DNA of 64,000 nucleotides from Paramecium tetraurelia (GCA_000165425.1 CT868031.1:186001-250000); one strand, 5' to 3'; positions 40,315 through 54,701 are shown, counted from the first letter of the stretch. A program made the numbers and translations. Notes: generated from the sequence alone by a model not told the origin.

Positions 40315-41133
40315 ATGTAAGAATAACAAATATAAGAAGGACTTGAGCAAAAGAAACCAAAATTGACAAGAGATGAAAAGAAGGTGTTAAAATATTAAAA
40401 AGCCAAACTGAGAGCCAAAATTATGAGAAAGAAGATTGCAAAAAAAGTCAAATAAAAAGTTAATATCATGAATCAGGAAGCTAAAGAAAAATATTCAGAA
40501 ATAAAACATCTAGCTAAAAATAATCTGCAACTTGGTTATGAATCAGGCATCCCAATATATATAGACTTGGAATATGATATCTTAATGACTGACAGAGAAA
40601 TTAGATCCTTAGCATTATAGATTGCACATATCTAAGGAATAAATAAGGAAATAAAATTCCCAATCCAATTACATCTCACTAACGTCAAAGGAATACAGAA
40701 AAATGAATTAGAAAAACAAGGACTTTAAAAATGGCCTGTTCATCACTATGAATTAGGATTATAGGATTTGATTTAAGAAAGTCTGGAAAAAGGAATTTAG
40801 AAAGAGTTCATCTATCTATCTCCAGATGCTGATACATATTTAGAATCAGTTGATCCAGAATAGTGCATATATATAGTTGGTGGATTTGTTGATAGACAGG
40901 TCCAAAAATTCATGAGTTTGAATAAAGCAAACACCTTGTAGATTTGTAGCAAGAAACTGCCAATAGAATCATTTATAAAAGGAGCTAAAAGACCATTAAA
41001 CATAGATAGAGTTGTTGCCATTTTAAGCTTGTTTTATCAACATAAGGATTGGAAGGTTGCATATGAGCAAAGCGATAACTTTAATATCAGTTTGGCAGAG
41101 AGAATCACAAGAGAACATCAAAAGCAGGAATGA
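40315..41133 (+). CDS. TRM10: tRNA m1G9 methyltransferase (SPOUT)
   Basis: IYIDLEYDILMTDREIRSL, IYLSPDA, YIVGGFVDR, KLPI, LNIDRVVAIL, DWKVA; intronless, 272 codons. Confidence 0.9.
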
Positions 41134-41346
41134 ATGTGAATAAGAACATATATATTTTATGAATAATAATTTTTGAAACATAAAATTTTATATAGATTAT
41201 CAAATTGGTAAATTATTACGCAATTAATGTAAATTTGATCCATATTATATATAAATTAATAAACTGTTGAACTATGACCTTTCATATTTATTTATTAAAG
41301 AATTTTCTTCTATTAAAGCCTAAATTATATCAACGATATTAATAAA

Positions 41347-44300
41347 ATGAATAGAGTTGTTTTAATTGGTTCTTAAAAATCTGATGATTGGCTTTTTCGA
41401 AAAATAACTCCTCTTATTGACTAGATTAATCTATTGAATTAATAGATATCTAATAAAGGATTATAATAATTTTTATTATAGGAATCAGATTCTCAAGCTT
41501 TATTAGATGAATTAAAATAGTATATTGTTATAGTTAATTTAGGATATTATAATAAAAGCTTAAAAATCCATATAAGACAATTTTCTAATCATTATTGAAA
41601 TGGAAAATTCTTAAATACTATGGCATACAGACATTTACAGAATTATTAACAATTTGCATTTTAGAAATTCTTAATTAATCTACCCTTTCAATAATTAATT
41701 TTAAAAATGATTCAGATTCTCTTAAATTAGTAGTGTGTTGGATATCGTGTTTAGTTTCATTTTAAATATTAAAGTATCAATATTAATTAATAAGGACCTA
41801 TTCGAAATCGAAACTTGATTAACATGCAAATATATTAAATATGAGAATGAAAACTATTATCGAATATTTGATCTATGACAAATCTCTTAAAGTTAAATGC
41901 ATAACTAAAACAGAAGGTGACTCTCATACTGCAAATATTTATGTATTAATTTTAAATTAACTGTGTAGACATTATTAACAGCTGACGTTGAGTTGATATT
42001 AAAAATAATTTCAGTAATTAAAGATATTTGGTAAGCAATCCTAATATTAAGTGGATGCTTATTTTTATTATATTCTGCTGAACCAGATGCTGGTACAGTA
42101 ATTGTGATTGCAATGATTAGTTATTAAGTAATAAATTTTATCATGACATTTATTATGGCGAAAGCAGAGGCACAACATTTAATATATAAAGACAAAAGAG
42201 TTAGTTTATAATCTGATTTGATTGAAGGAATGAAACAGATAAAATTCTTATCTTGGGAAGGAATATTTTATAAGAAAATAATGAAAATTAGAAAATGTGA
42301 ATTTAAGATGTTAAGTATTTATAAAGCTTTAGATGGTTTTGGTGCTGTGTTTTGGAATAATATAAGCTACATTCTCTTGTGCATTTTTGTAATATATTCA
42401 GTCAATAATGGCAAAGATCTATAGGAGTTGAATATCTTCTCATTGATAGCCATATTTAATACAATGATATTTCCTCTCTGTGTTCTCCCGTGGAGTTTAA
42501 GCATTGGATATACGTCATTAATCTCATTCAATAGATTTTCGTAATTTTTAAATCAAGATGAAATTAATTTTGAAGACAGAATTCAACCTGAATCCTTTCA
42601 AAGCCAGTATGCTATTATAATGAATAATTCCAATTATTTTTGGCCTAATGCAGAATAAATATAGGAAGATGTGAAATAAAATTAAATAATAGATGAAGAA
42701 TTAATAATTGCAAACCAAAATTGTTAGAAATTTAAAATAAAAATAGCTAATCTAAAATTTGAAAAGAAAACTTTGAATTTTATTATAGGAAAAATAGGTT
42801 CAGGAAAAAGTGCATTCTTTTAAGCAATATTAAATGAGTTACAAATTTAGAATTTATTTAATGACCTCTCGGATACACAGTAAAATTTGGACTTAAGTTT
42901 TGATTTAGGCGTGAATGAAACTGTTAAGCAAATTCAAATGACAGGTAGAATTGGGTATTGTTCATAAGTGTCTTGGATCTAAAATTTATCAATCAAAGAT
43001 AATATCTTATTTGGTGAACCCTTTAACTAAGAATTATATGATAAAGTTATAGATGTTTGCTAACTACATTAAGATCTGAAATCTTTTGAAAATCAAGATT
43101 AACATTTGATTGGTCCAGATGGAAAGAACATAAGTGGAGGATAGAAACAAAGAATAGCTTTAGCCAGAGCATTATATTAATAAAGAGACATTTATCTGTT
43201 TGATGACATATTATCATCTCTTGATCACAATATTGCAGATTTAATATTTTAAAACGTTATTGTAGATTACCTTATAAAGAACGGAAAGACTGTATTACTT
43301 ATTACTTCAAATTACAGTTATATTAAGATTGCCTAATAATAAATAAAAACAAAAGTTATTCTTGTTGATAATGGAGAAATTACTGAAGATTAAGAAGTAA
43401 TTGGCTAGTATTTATAAAATAAATCCTATTAATAAGAAACTCCTTCATATATTGAAAAAGAATTAGATTCAGTATTAAAATAAGAAAATAACACATTAAA
43501 TTCTGATAAGGGAGAATAAAACGAACAGGTTGTTATTGATGATAGTAATGAAGATACAAGACAAATAGGAAGTATTAATTGGTAAATCTGGAAAACATAT
43601 TTTAACAGTATGAAATTCCCATTATTTCTGTTATTATTTTTTGTTAATTTTTACATGTAAGGATCTATGTCATTAATCGATTTTTGGCTAAAATCTGAAG
43701 TATAATAAGAAGATAAATGGTTACATTAAATAACAAAATATTTTGACAATTCCTTTCCTAAAACCCTATTTTATTTAACGACATTGGCTGTTTTAATTAC
43801 AGTGATAAGATAAGCTCTAGAAGTTATTTGTGCATTACTAGCTTCTTGGTCTATTTTTAAAAAGTAAATTTAGATAATATAAAATTAGACTTAATACTGT
43901 TTTAATGTGTACAGTAATGAAATTCTATGATAGAACAAATGCCGGCTAAATAATTAATAGGATTTAGGATGATACTTATGTAGTTGACATGGATATTGGT
44001 TCTGGAATTCACTGTTTTCTTGAAAATCTCAGTAGAATATCAGGTCTATCCATTGGATTATTGATTTTGGAACCAAGATATTTTTTAATGCTTGTTATTT
44101 TCTTAGTTGCATTTTACCATATTAAGAAAGCATGTCTAATATCAAATAGAGAAATCAAAAGATTGTAGTCTGCAAATTAAAGTAGATTATTGTAAATTGT
44201 TAATGAAACATTGACTGGAGTTAAAATAATTAGAGCATTCTAGAAAGAGAAATATTTCACATAAATCTTTGAAAGTTCATTTTCTAATTTAATGTTAAGT

Positions 44301-45428
44301 AACTAATGTGGAGAACGTATAAAATTGTGGTTTTAAGTCAGATTAAATTTAATGAACAATTTTATTGTAATGTGCACTTCCTTCATGGTAATCTGTTCAT
44401 TGGTATTTGAATGGTCAGAAGATTTTGGAATACAAGCTCTAGCAATTACATATTCTATGATTGTATTAGATAGTTTTTATGATTGTTTTATTTAATATTC
44501 AAGAGTAGAAACAGGTATGATTTCTGTAGAAAGAATTTAAGAATATTTAAATAATGAGACTGAAGATATCAACTAAGAGTAATTTATGGAATAAGAACTA
44601 TAATCAACTCACTTAAGAGAAACTACATATGCCATAGAATTTAAAAATGTAGACTTTTATTATGATAATAATCACAAAGCTCTAAAAAACTTTACTTTGA
44701 CCATTTCTAAAGGATAGAAAATTGCAATAATTGGAAGGACTGGATCAGGTAAAACTTCCATTCTAAATGTGCTTCAAGGATTGTATCCTTTCTAATCAGG
44801 AGATCTTTATATTAATGGAACTAACGTATGATTTAAATATTATTATTAGGTGAAATAATAATCTTTAAAATAATGGAGAAGCCAATTGTCTATTATTCCC
44901 TAATTTGGATTTCTATTTAGTGCAAATGTAAAAGAAAATTTAGATCCTGAAGGAATGTTCACAGATCAACAAATTGAAAAATTCATATAAAATACCTAAT
45001 TTTATTAACAAAGAAATTCTAACATTAACAATCTTATGTATTTGGATTACAAATTTGATATTTCTTAAAATGGAGCTAATTTATCTTGTGGGGAAAAATA
45101 AGTTCTTAATTTTTTGAGAATAGTCTTACAGAATAAAGATATTATTTGCCTAGATGAAGCCACATCTAACATGGATCCATACACAAATCAAGTAAGATTA
45201 AAATAATATATTAAGTTGTTAAATGAGAGTCTAATTGAATTTTCAAAAGATAAGACTTTGCTTGTTATAACTCACAGACTTGAAAATATACAATAATATG
45301 ATTAAATAGTAGTAATGGAATAAGGAGAAATAGTGGAATAGGGAAGTTATTAAGATTTAATGTTATCAACAATAGGATACTTCAGAAAATTAATAAATAA
45401 CCATACTAAAACAGTAAACCAAATTTGA
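41347..45428 (+). CDS. ABC transporter C (MRP-like), TMD-NBD-TMD-NBD
   Basis: IKFLSWE; Walker A GKIGSGKS and GRTGSGKT; ISGGQKQRIALARA; LSCGEKQ; DEATSNMD. Confidence 0.93.
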
Positions 45429-45539
45429 TACTTTTTCTTCTTGTGTATTTTAATTTATAAATATCATTTGAGTAAAATAATTATATGAGTGATAAAGAAA
45501 TAAAATATAAATTATATAATTATAGAATAAAACTTAACA

Positions 45540-46645
45540 TCATTTTTCTGTCTTGGATATATATGGTTTTTCTGAATGAAGTAGAGGTGCTCCAATATCT
45601 GGGATTGGAATCTAATCCTTACAATTTAATGAAACTTTAGTGTCTCTTAGACTACTATGTTATTCATATTTTTCCATCTATGCTATTATGAATTAAACTG
45701 TTCCTTTCATCACATCTATAGGTCTCTTAGAATTATGGGTTCCCTCAAATTAGATTAATTCCTTTATTCCTCTAAACTTTTCTGATAAAATTTTAGGATG
45801 CTTTTCCCCAATCAATGTATCACCTTTAGCTGATAGAAATACTATAGCAACATCAGTTTGCAATGCTAAATATATAATTCTATTTAAACTTTGTATAATT
45901 TGAACGATATTAAGATCATCAATATTAAATTTAGCTTCCTTTCTTATTTTAGATTTTACAAAACACCAAAAACAATTAAAACAACATCCTGGAATGTTAT
46001 AATTGTTGGATGCCAACTCTTAGCACAAATGAGTCAAATTCGAAAAAGGACTGTCACAAACGAGCATTTTAAAGTTAGTATTCAAACTGGCTGCTAATAT
46101 TGCTGTTACTGAACCCATAGATCTGCCCCACAAACCGATTTAAGTGATAAAAGGCTAAGCCACTTTTAATAATGAAGTTATCTTACTTTATTTGAACGCA
46201 AGTAGTTATAGAGATCGTTTACATCTCTTGATTCATAGAATCCTAATGAAATATATTCTCCTTATGATTGGCCAGAACCTATGTCTTATCAACTAATTAC
46301 CAGACAAATCAATTCCACATACTGCAATGTTCTAAGGAAGTAAATATTCAAGTATTGTTAGAGATTCTACTCTGCTACTTGAGTTCCCATGTAAATAAAT
46401 CATACATGCATGAGGCTTGTCTTGAATTCTAACAGGCTCAAATAAGCTAGCCATTTTTATATAGTTTACCTGCACTGAAGTGTTAATCCACGACTGTTTG
46501 CCATTTCAAAGTCTATTCGCTTAACTACTGTGTCATGAACCATAAATATTTCATTTCCCATATCTTTTAGTCTATAATTATGTCTAGGAGGTCTAACAAT
46601 AGGCTTCCATAATTTCTCTGTGCATCTATACTCTGGTTATTTCAT
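45540..46645 (-). CDS. Alpha/beta hydrolase (serine hydrolase)
   Basis: IVRPPR, IYLHGNSSSR, DLSGSGQSQGEYISLG, nucleophile WGRSMG, DSPF, GTHNS. Confidence 0.9.
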
Positions 46646-47628
46646 ATTTTAATTTTTAGTATCAATAATATAAAGTATAGGTCTTATACAAAATCATAAT
46701 ATAGACTTAAGTTCCATGAATTACTGGATTTTTTACTATTTCTTTTACCATCTTGAATTAGAAATCTATAGCGCATTTTTCCCTAAACCCCATCAAGGAA
46801 ATCTTAAAATTGTCATCACTCTAAACTTACCTAAAGATCATATTTCGGACTGAATAATAGTTATCTCCATGAGTTTATTAATTTCTAATACTAAGCCATT
46901 TATGATAGAATTTAAGTTCTTTAATTAATCTTGAATGTTATCCTTAAGGAATTATAGGCGAATACCTCTCTTTATCAACTAAAATTCAATCTTTTACTTC
47001 ATTGCAATTCAAATCTATACTTTCTGTATCTAAAGTCAACCGAAAATATTAATTTATCATATTTTCTTTTTACTGATATATTTCTGTATTACTTTTGTTT
47101 ATTAAAACATATCTTCAATTGCTAAATATCCTCTACGTTATATTTATAACTTGATCCACTTGATACTATTAGGAAGCTATTCCAAATTCCCTGATTTTTA
47201 TTTTGACAATTGTTTAATTACTTATATAATTATATCTTAAGATTTAGGAAATTTCTACCTTAAAATAAATCTCTAAATATATATACTACTATTTAATTCA
47301 ACAATAACAGTATGTAAATAGGTTATATTTTTAATTCTTTTGATAAATTAAATATAACTAAATTCTTATTATAAATACTACTTGTTAGAACTCTAGACGT
47401 ATTCTTATAAGTTTTATTTCAGTTTATCTAAATCAAGAAAAAATAATGAAGGGACATAAATTTTGATGTTTTCTTTAATTACTTTATGAATTCAAGACTT
47501 ATAATAAAAATAGAAATTTATATCAAAATTGATAATAAAGGTAAGCATCAGAAAGTATGACTATATTATATTTATATTAATTAAATGTAACAGAATAAAA
47601 TTCTTTTCTTAATTAAATTAACATACTA

Positions 47629-50288
47629 TCATTTCTGATTTAGATGATATATTACATACTTTTCCATTTCATCAAGTAAGCAGATCTTTTAGGCTACTTT
47701 TGTTTCCTAAAATAATTCGAAATTCTAGATAGGATATTCAATAAAAACATTAGAAAACTTAAGCAAATAGAACTTAAGTTTCGTTTGGATATTGGAATTG
47801 AAAATTGAAAGCTTAACTTCTTTAAAAAAAGAGTTGAAGTATTAATGAAGCATAACAATATTTGATTTGTTGACGCTCTACTAAAATTAATTGGTAAGGT
47901 CTTTTAGCAATTCATTTCCTTTAGCGATTATTTAAGTTGGAGTAGTAGTTTACGCTGTTTTTAAGGATTCAAATATTTCTGATGTGTCTTTCCTCATTTA
48001 CTCAATATTTTTCCTTTATAGCCAATCATCGAAATTAGAATTTGATTTCACATAATATTTCTCATTATCTAGATAAATAAAATGTTGAGTTTTGAGATTG
48101 TCAAAACATATCAAACAAGAAATGCAGAAACGAATTAAGAATTATTTGAATAAGAGCATTTCATCTTGTACTTTTTAATCTTCCTTTTAGTATTCTTCGC
48201 ATGCTCTTAATACCTTAATCGCTAAAGTATGAAGAGAATGTATATACTCATATATTTCTGTAAAACAAGAACTTTGACTTGAGCTTTTCTATTAGTATTA
48301 TTATTATTAGTGTAATTATTATTGTTATTAGAGTAATTATTATTGCTGTTATTATAATTGCTACTACTACTGTTATTATTGGACTTAGTTTTATTATTAT
48401 TATTAACACTATATGATTTAAATATTCTTTTTCTTATTGAGCTATGTTTCTATATATTAATTAGAAACAATATCATTCTGAGGTTATTAAATTTTGAATT
48501 CGTTAAATACATAATGAGACTACAATTATTGCCAACTTATTCTTTTCTTTGGATCGTTTACAATCATCTAATTAATTAGTTCTGAAATTAGTGGATTCTA
48601 AAAGTAATTAAACAATTTTACTTCATGATTTGGACTTATAAATGGTGTGGTAGCTAAAGACTTATGAAATTCTAGAAGCTCGGCTTTATGTTAAAAGTTT
48701 TTAAACATTTTTTAGAATGCGATGTAATATAAAATCATGCCTAGCTAAAAAATAAAATTGCAATATTACTGAAAACATATCACTTTACTAATCGTTAGAG
48801 AAGCCTTATTAGAGCATTTCAGGAGCAGAAAATATTTTCAATTCATTTATAGAATGGGTTATACCTCTTCCAATGGTTTTGTTAATTTCCAAATCAAAGA
48901 TCTATTAAAGTATAATATTATACTTTGACAATATATTTTCCTTTCTCATTCTTTTTTAAGAGAATATTACTTGGTTTTAATTCAATATGAGCAATTTACA
49001 AATCTTTAAGGAAACAATAGCCTTCCACTATTTAGTATAATATTTCAAAAATTTCGTAGGGTTTCAAATTCTAATTTTTTAATTATAAGTCTTCTTTATA
49101 GCCTTAAAGACTGATGTCCCATTTCTCAAGTATTAGATAAGTATATTATTCACTATACTTGATTATTGCTAAAACTTTTAACACATTTTTATGATTTTTT
49201 TATTTGAGTTTATCCAAATTTTCAAGTGTTCTAGTAATTCCAATCATATTATTCTAGAAGGTTTTACAAACTAGTTCTTCGCATTTTTTTAAATGATATG
49301 CTTCATGAGATAATCCTTACAATCCTGAATCGATAGTTTTGTCAAAGTCGATGAAATAATTGTCTTCTAAGATGAGAAAATGTTGAACTACATTTAAATC
49401 TAACTACTCCCATGTGATTCTTTTTTCTGGATTATAAACAATCATTTTTTCTATTAAGCTCAAAAATTCTTTTGAATGCCTAGGGTTGTGTGGGCATGCG
49501 AGAAATTAATCTTTTTTTAATCTTTCATGGAATTCATTTAGATCCTTAAAATCTTATACATTCACCGGCTTTTCTCCTTGGTAACACAACATGTAAAGAA
49601 TGATTCCAAGCTATTGAATAATACACAAACACTAATACTGAATAGATATCGCATGTATCAGTGTATTTTTATTGATCAGAAGAATTTCTGTAAACTTCTG
49701 GAGCTGAGTAATAAGGAATTCCAGTTCTAGTTACTGCATATCCATCCTAAGTTATTCGACTCACACCAAAATCTGATATCTATGTATATATTTTATTTTT
49801 ACTTTTAATACAATTCTATTATTAGTAAGTATTTTAAAAAGAATGCTTCTGGGTGTTAAATCTCTAAGTATTATTTTGTGACTCTTTAAATAAAAATAGC
49901 CTCTCACTATTTGACTTAGAAAATCTTGGACTTCCTCTGCAGAAAACCATTTATTATTTCTCTGTTTCTATTAAAATAATTGTTCTAGGCTGCCATCACA
50001 GAGCTCGCTGAATATGAGATACTTTTTGCTATCTTCCATAATATTTTAGATATTTAAGACGTTCAAATTCTTTGTTTTTGCATTTTTAAGAGTTTCTAGT
50101 ACTTGTATTTCATTTTTTTAATTGACATATAAATGCGATTTACTTATTACCTTCACACACAATATTTCATCCTTATCTTTGTGTTAACATTTTAAAATTT
50201 AACCTCTTTTACCTTAAGCAACGATGCTCTAAGTATCTATTATGTAATCTTGTTTTGTTTCAAACCTAGAAACATTTTGATTATTCAT
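47629..50288 (-). CDS. Ser/Thr protein kinase-like (ULK/Atg1-like layout; degenerate catalytic loop)
   Basis: LCVKVI, LRDLTPRS, ISDFG, GIPYYSAPE, DIYSLG, KRITW; poly-Q linker followed by a helical C-terminus. Confidence 0.8.
48285..48410 (-). repeat. Coding poly-Gln tract (TAA/TAG/CAA/CAG)
   Basis: Imperfect (TTA)n/(CTA)n on the + strand, in frame within the kinase gene. Confidence 0.7.
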
Positions 50289-50981
50289 ATTAATATTTAT
50301 ATATTAAAAATAATGAAAAGTTCTTAGTTTATATAATCATCTGCATTAGGATCGAATATAATTCTTTTTATCCTTCTGCTTCCCTTTAGGTAAATCCTTA
50401 TCTAATCTAACTATAAAAACCAATACGAGAGTAAACAAATTTTATTTGTTTCAAATAATAATATCAATTGTATGAAATTTTAATGTATAACCTGTTTTGT
50501 TATTCTTTTTTCTATTATTATGAATTTTATAGATTTTATTCATAAATTTATTACAAAATTTTGTTTTACCATAAACAGAATACTATTCAATCCTAATATA
50601 AATAATTTATCTATTAATTATTTTTGGATTATATGTATAAACTCATATGTGGTGTAGAGTCTATTAACTTTTGAATTCTACAAGAAGATTTTAAATTAGA
50701 ATGGTAAGAATCAACTGCAGAGAGTTTCAAACCATGAAATATAACCCTATATTTTTAATAATTAGTAAATGCAAATAGTTTTCTTTAATTGTTGATATTC
50801 TTTACGATTTCGTCAATTAAAAATAGAATTTGTAATGCTATATTGAGATATTTATCTATATTACCCTTGTTATGGATTTATTTAATAATCTGATATTAAT
50901 TATAGGTTTGAATTCATTATTATATATAAAAATTTCTTTAGTAAATTAGATACATCGTTATTACATATATTGTAAAAGATA

Positions 50982-52217
50982 TCATTCTAATTATTTTAAG
51001 GAAATTGGCAATTAGTTGGACTTTAATTTATTTTCTATTTCAAATATCTGATCTGACCCTGTTCTCACTTTGTTTATTCTATTTATTACTTGTGGCTATT
51101 TAATGCCAACTGATAAATTCTTTAATGTTATGCCTTCGTCCTTATCTAGTTCTTCAATAATGTCAGCCCCAGCTGAACTTAGATCCTCAAATGTTATTCT
51201 TCTGCTTGTGTTTTCTAATTGATTTAATGATTTTCTAGAGGTCAAACATTGAGCCCTTTCAACGCTTTTTAAATGCAATAAATTTGATTTAATTTATAAA
51301 TGACTTTATTAAATTTATAGTTTAGGACTTCTATTAAAGTCTTCTCCTTTCTTGAACATGTTTTCCAAGCAATCATAATCAGGCTTCTAGTCAAACTTCA
51401 AACGCTTAACATATTCCATGTATTTAGGGAGTTCAGGTGGCAAATTTATATAAGTTTCGGGTTTAAATGCCTCTTTCATTCTCTAAATCTTGTAATATTT
51501 AATGTTCTTGTCTTCTGCCATGATATTATTCCACGGTAGAGTCCCCATGAATAAATAAATTAGTAAATAACCAACCGATTCAAGATCGTCTCTCCTTGAT
51601 TATTCATTTCCCTTCAAAGCATTTATTGAAGCATAACGAGCTGTCCCTATCATGCCTTTATTTTCTCGGAATTCTAAGTGCTTTCCGTCTTAAATAAACA
51701 ATTTTGATAGTCCAAAATCAATCAAATGCAGTTTCTCTTAATGAACCACAAAATTTTCAGGTTTTATATCTCTGTGAATTATATTCGAGCTATGTAGTTC
51801 CTTAAGCAAGAGAATCATCTATTAACCCATGTTCAATATTGTTGTAGTATCTAATTTTCCACATTTTATTCTCACCTGTTCTAAATTATCTCCAAGCAAA
51901 TTCATTATAAAATAGGTGTTCTTATGATCCTACCCTGAAGTGATTAATTAAGTGAAACCTATAAATTGTAACCAATCTGATACCTTTCTTTCCTTTAAGT
52001 AAATGAAGGATCTTTATTTCCCTTTAAAGTAAGGTTTTTTCCTTCTTCATTGAATTCTTTACTAATTTACAAGCGTATATTTGGCCAGTTGAGATTTGCT
52101 TGACCTTCCATATATACCCGAAGGAACTAATGTTTATAAATGTTAGAAATACCCTTCTCCTAATTTATCAAGAAATTAATAAGATTACGAAGCTGGTTTA
52201 TTATCATAACATTTCAT
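50982..52217 (-). CDS. Casein kinase 1 family kinase
   Basis: [47 protein letters not shown]. Confidence 0.93.
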
Positions 52218-52460
52218 TCTAAGTGAACAAAAAATATTAAATATTAATAACATGTTCATCAAAGAATAATACTCAATTAGAAGATCTTGTGATAAATTAT
52301 AATTATATCTTTAATGAATTATTTTTACACATTTACTATTATAATATATTTTTGGACTTGAGTCTCATACTAAAGATTTACTTCAATCTCCTTCTAACTA
52401 TCCCTTAATTATTACAAAATGATGAAAATTATAATATTAAACACAATTTGTTAAAATTTA

Positions 52461-54701
52461 TCATTTATTATTCTTTTATTATTAATCTTCCAATTCTTGC
52501 TTCACTTAAGAGTAATTTGGGAATTTTTACTAGAATCCTTAATTAACATTCTTTTATTGATAAAATTGATCACCAAATTGTTGCATCATAGGCATGGGAT
52601 AATTCATCGGTTGCATCTATTATTAAGGTGTTTGCTAAAACATCTCCTTCAAAAGATTATTTTACTACATCTATTGACCCATTTGACTCATCTGCAGATA
52701 CTAATCATAAAAAGCCTAAGGGGCATACCTAATTTAGTTTATAAAATGCTTATACATTAAAGGAATATATTATTAGGGCATTCCACCAGAAGCGAGTTAC
52801 TACATTTGCAACTAACTCCGGTCTAATTCAATTCAGCTTACATTTGTTTTTATTGCTAATTATTTTAAGGGTTATGGGAAATCATACTTTGAAATTACTC
52901 TGCCATTTATTAATTCATAGGTTAAACTATTTATTACATTTACCCTGGAAGTGTTTAGATTATTTGCATATTTTAACCTGGTATTTATCCCTGCATTTAT
53001 CCTGGCACCTATCCCATCATTTGTTATGGCATTTGTATCATCATTTAATCCTTACATTGGTCCCATCATTTATCCCGGTAATTGTCCCATGATAGGCATT
53101 TAAGTCATTTGCATTTAAGGATATAAAAGATTTGGATATAGAAGTTGATAGAAAGGCTGTTATTGCTATTATTATTATTGTTGTTATTACTATTATTGTT
53201 ATTGTTATTATTATAATTATTATTACTATTGCTATTATTATTATTACTATTATTATTATTATTACTATAATTATTGTTATTATTATTATTAGTATTATTG
53301 GAATTATTACTATTGCAATTATTAAAGCATGTTCTATTATTAACTAATCTAAGATTCATATGCTTATGAAAACATTGTAGGTTGGTTAATTTATTATTAT
53401 TATTAAGCTTGCTTTGGTATATTATCCTTTTATTTTGATATTTATTTTTATTTTCCACCATGCTGTCCTTCTTAAGGTTTTTATTATTTTGTCTATGGTT
53501 GTACTATCTCTTTTTTACAATCTTTTTTGCTCTCTTTTTTTTGCTTCATTATTTCCATAACTGCTTTTAGTTGAGTTTTAGGAAAAACATGTATATTTTA
53601 AGAATCCTTATTCATTATGGCAAATTGAACATCAGATAACTCATTTGAATTACTTATTGGTTCTTCATTAAATTCAAGAGTTTCCCCTTTTTACACAACA
53701 ACATCCTAATAGTGATCCTTAATTTTATTATAATCTAAGATTTAATCCTATTAATATTTTTTTAACACTTTCTCTACTATGTTTGAAGCATGAGAATCAC
53801 TTTTTTTTTGTACTGCTTTTAACTTTTTCTTTTGAATATTATTTACATCAGCTTAATTTTACTATTTTTTCTAGTCATTTTCATTTATATTATCAGATTA
53901 ATTAACATTTTACTCCTTGAGCTTCTATGCAAGTTCATTCAAATAAAATAAAATAAAGCTAATTTCTTATTATCCTAGTTCTTCAATTTTATTTAATTAA
54001 TTTATCTAATGTTTTTAAAGTTCATTCTCAATTTATTTTTTATCTAATAATTAAATATCCTTTATTCTCTAACTTTTTTAAAATTTTAAAGTATCTATTT
54101 TTAACAGAACTCTCAGTCCTATGGTTTTTCATTTCGGAAGCAATAATTTACCAATTTTTTCCATGTTTTAATATGAATTTCATAAATTAATATTCTTCAG
54201 TAGGTCCCAAGGACCTTTTTAAATTTGGGGGTTTAGTTTATTAATCCATCTATCTCGTACAAATTTTGTCAGCTTTATTGTAGATTTGTGAAACTTTTAA
54301 GATAATTCTTTTGCTATATCGCTCCAATTAAATTGTTTATTTTCTGAGATATACTAGTTGCAAATTTCTTTTAAGGCTTCGTCTTCATTTTTGCTCCATT
54401 ATTATTAATGGAATATTTATTTTTTTTAGTTTTCTAATTGTGATCTGCAATCCATTACAGATTTGTTTAGTAATTTCGAGATGATGTTCCAAACATTATC
54501 TGGTATCTGAGTATGGATTTTATTTTAATTAGAACAATAGGTCTGTATCAAAGACTTTAATAATTTGCTTTAATAGCCATTCCACTTTAAAGCCTCTGGT
54601 TGATTATTTTAAACCAAAAGAAATTGCTCTTTTATCTTTTTACAGACTTCTTCATCTAAGTTAGTTAACAATGATAAGTATTAATCAAACTCGATTTACA
54701 T
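52461..54701 (-). CDS. Myb/SANT-repeat transcription factor with long Q/M/P-rich C-terminus (apparent frameshift at about 54205)
   Basis: WSKNEDEAL...WSDIA...RDRWINKLNP; GPW...HGKNWQIIA...RTESSVKNRY; poly-Q and GMP/PQM-rich tail. Confidence 0.82.
53158..53322 (-). repeat. Coding poly-Gln microsatellite (about 50 Gln), mainly TAA/TAG codons
   Basis: Imperfect (TTA)n on the + strand, inside the Myb gene. Confidence 0.8.

Noticed and set aside
48358..48579. Leu-rich ORF resembling a signal or TM peptide
   Set aside because: Antisense reading of the kinase poly-Gln linker.
53105..53461. Standard-code poly-Asn and poly-Ile ORFs in the ORF track
   Set aside because: They are alternative-frame and antisense readings of the poly-Gln tract in the Myb gene.
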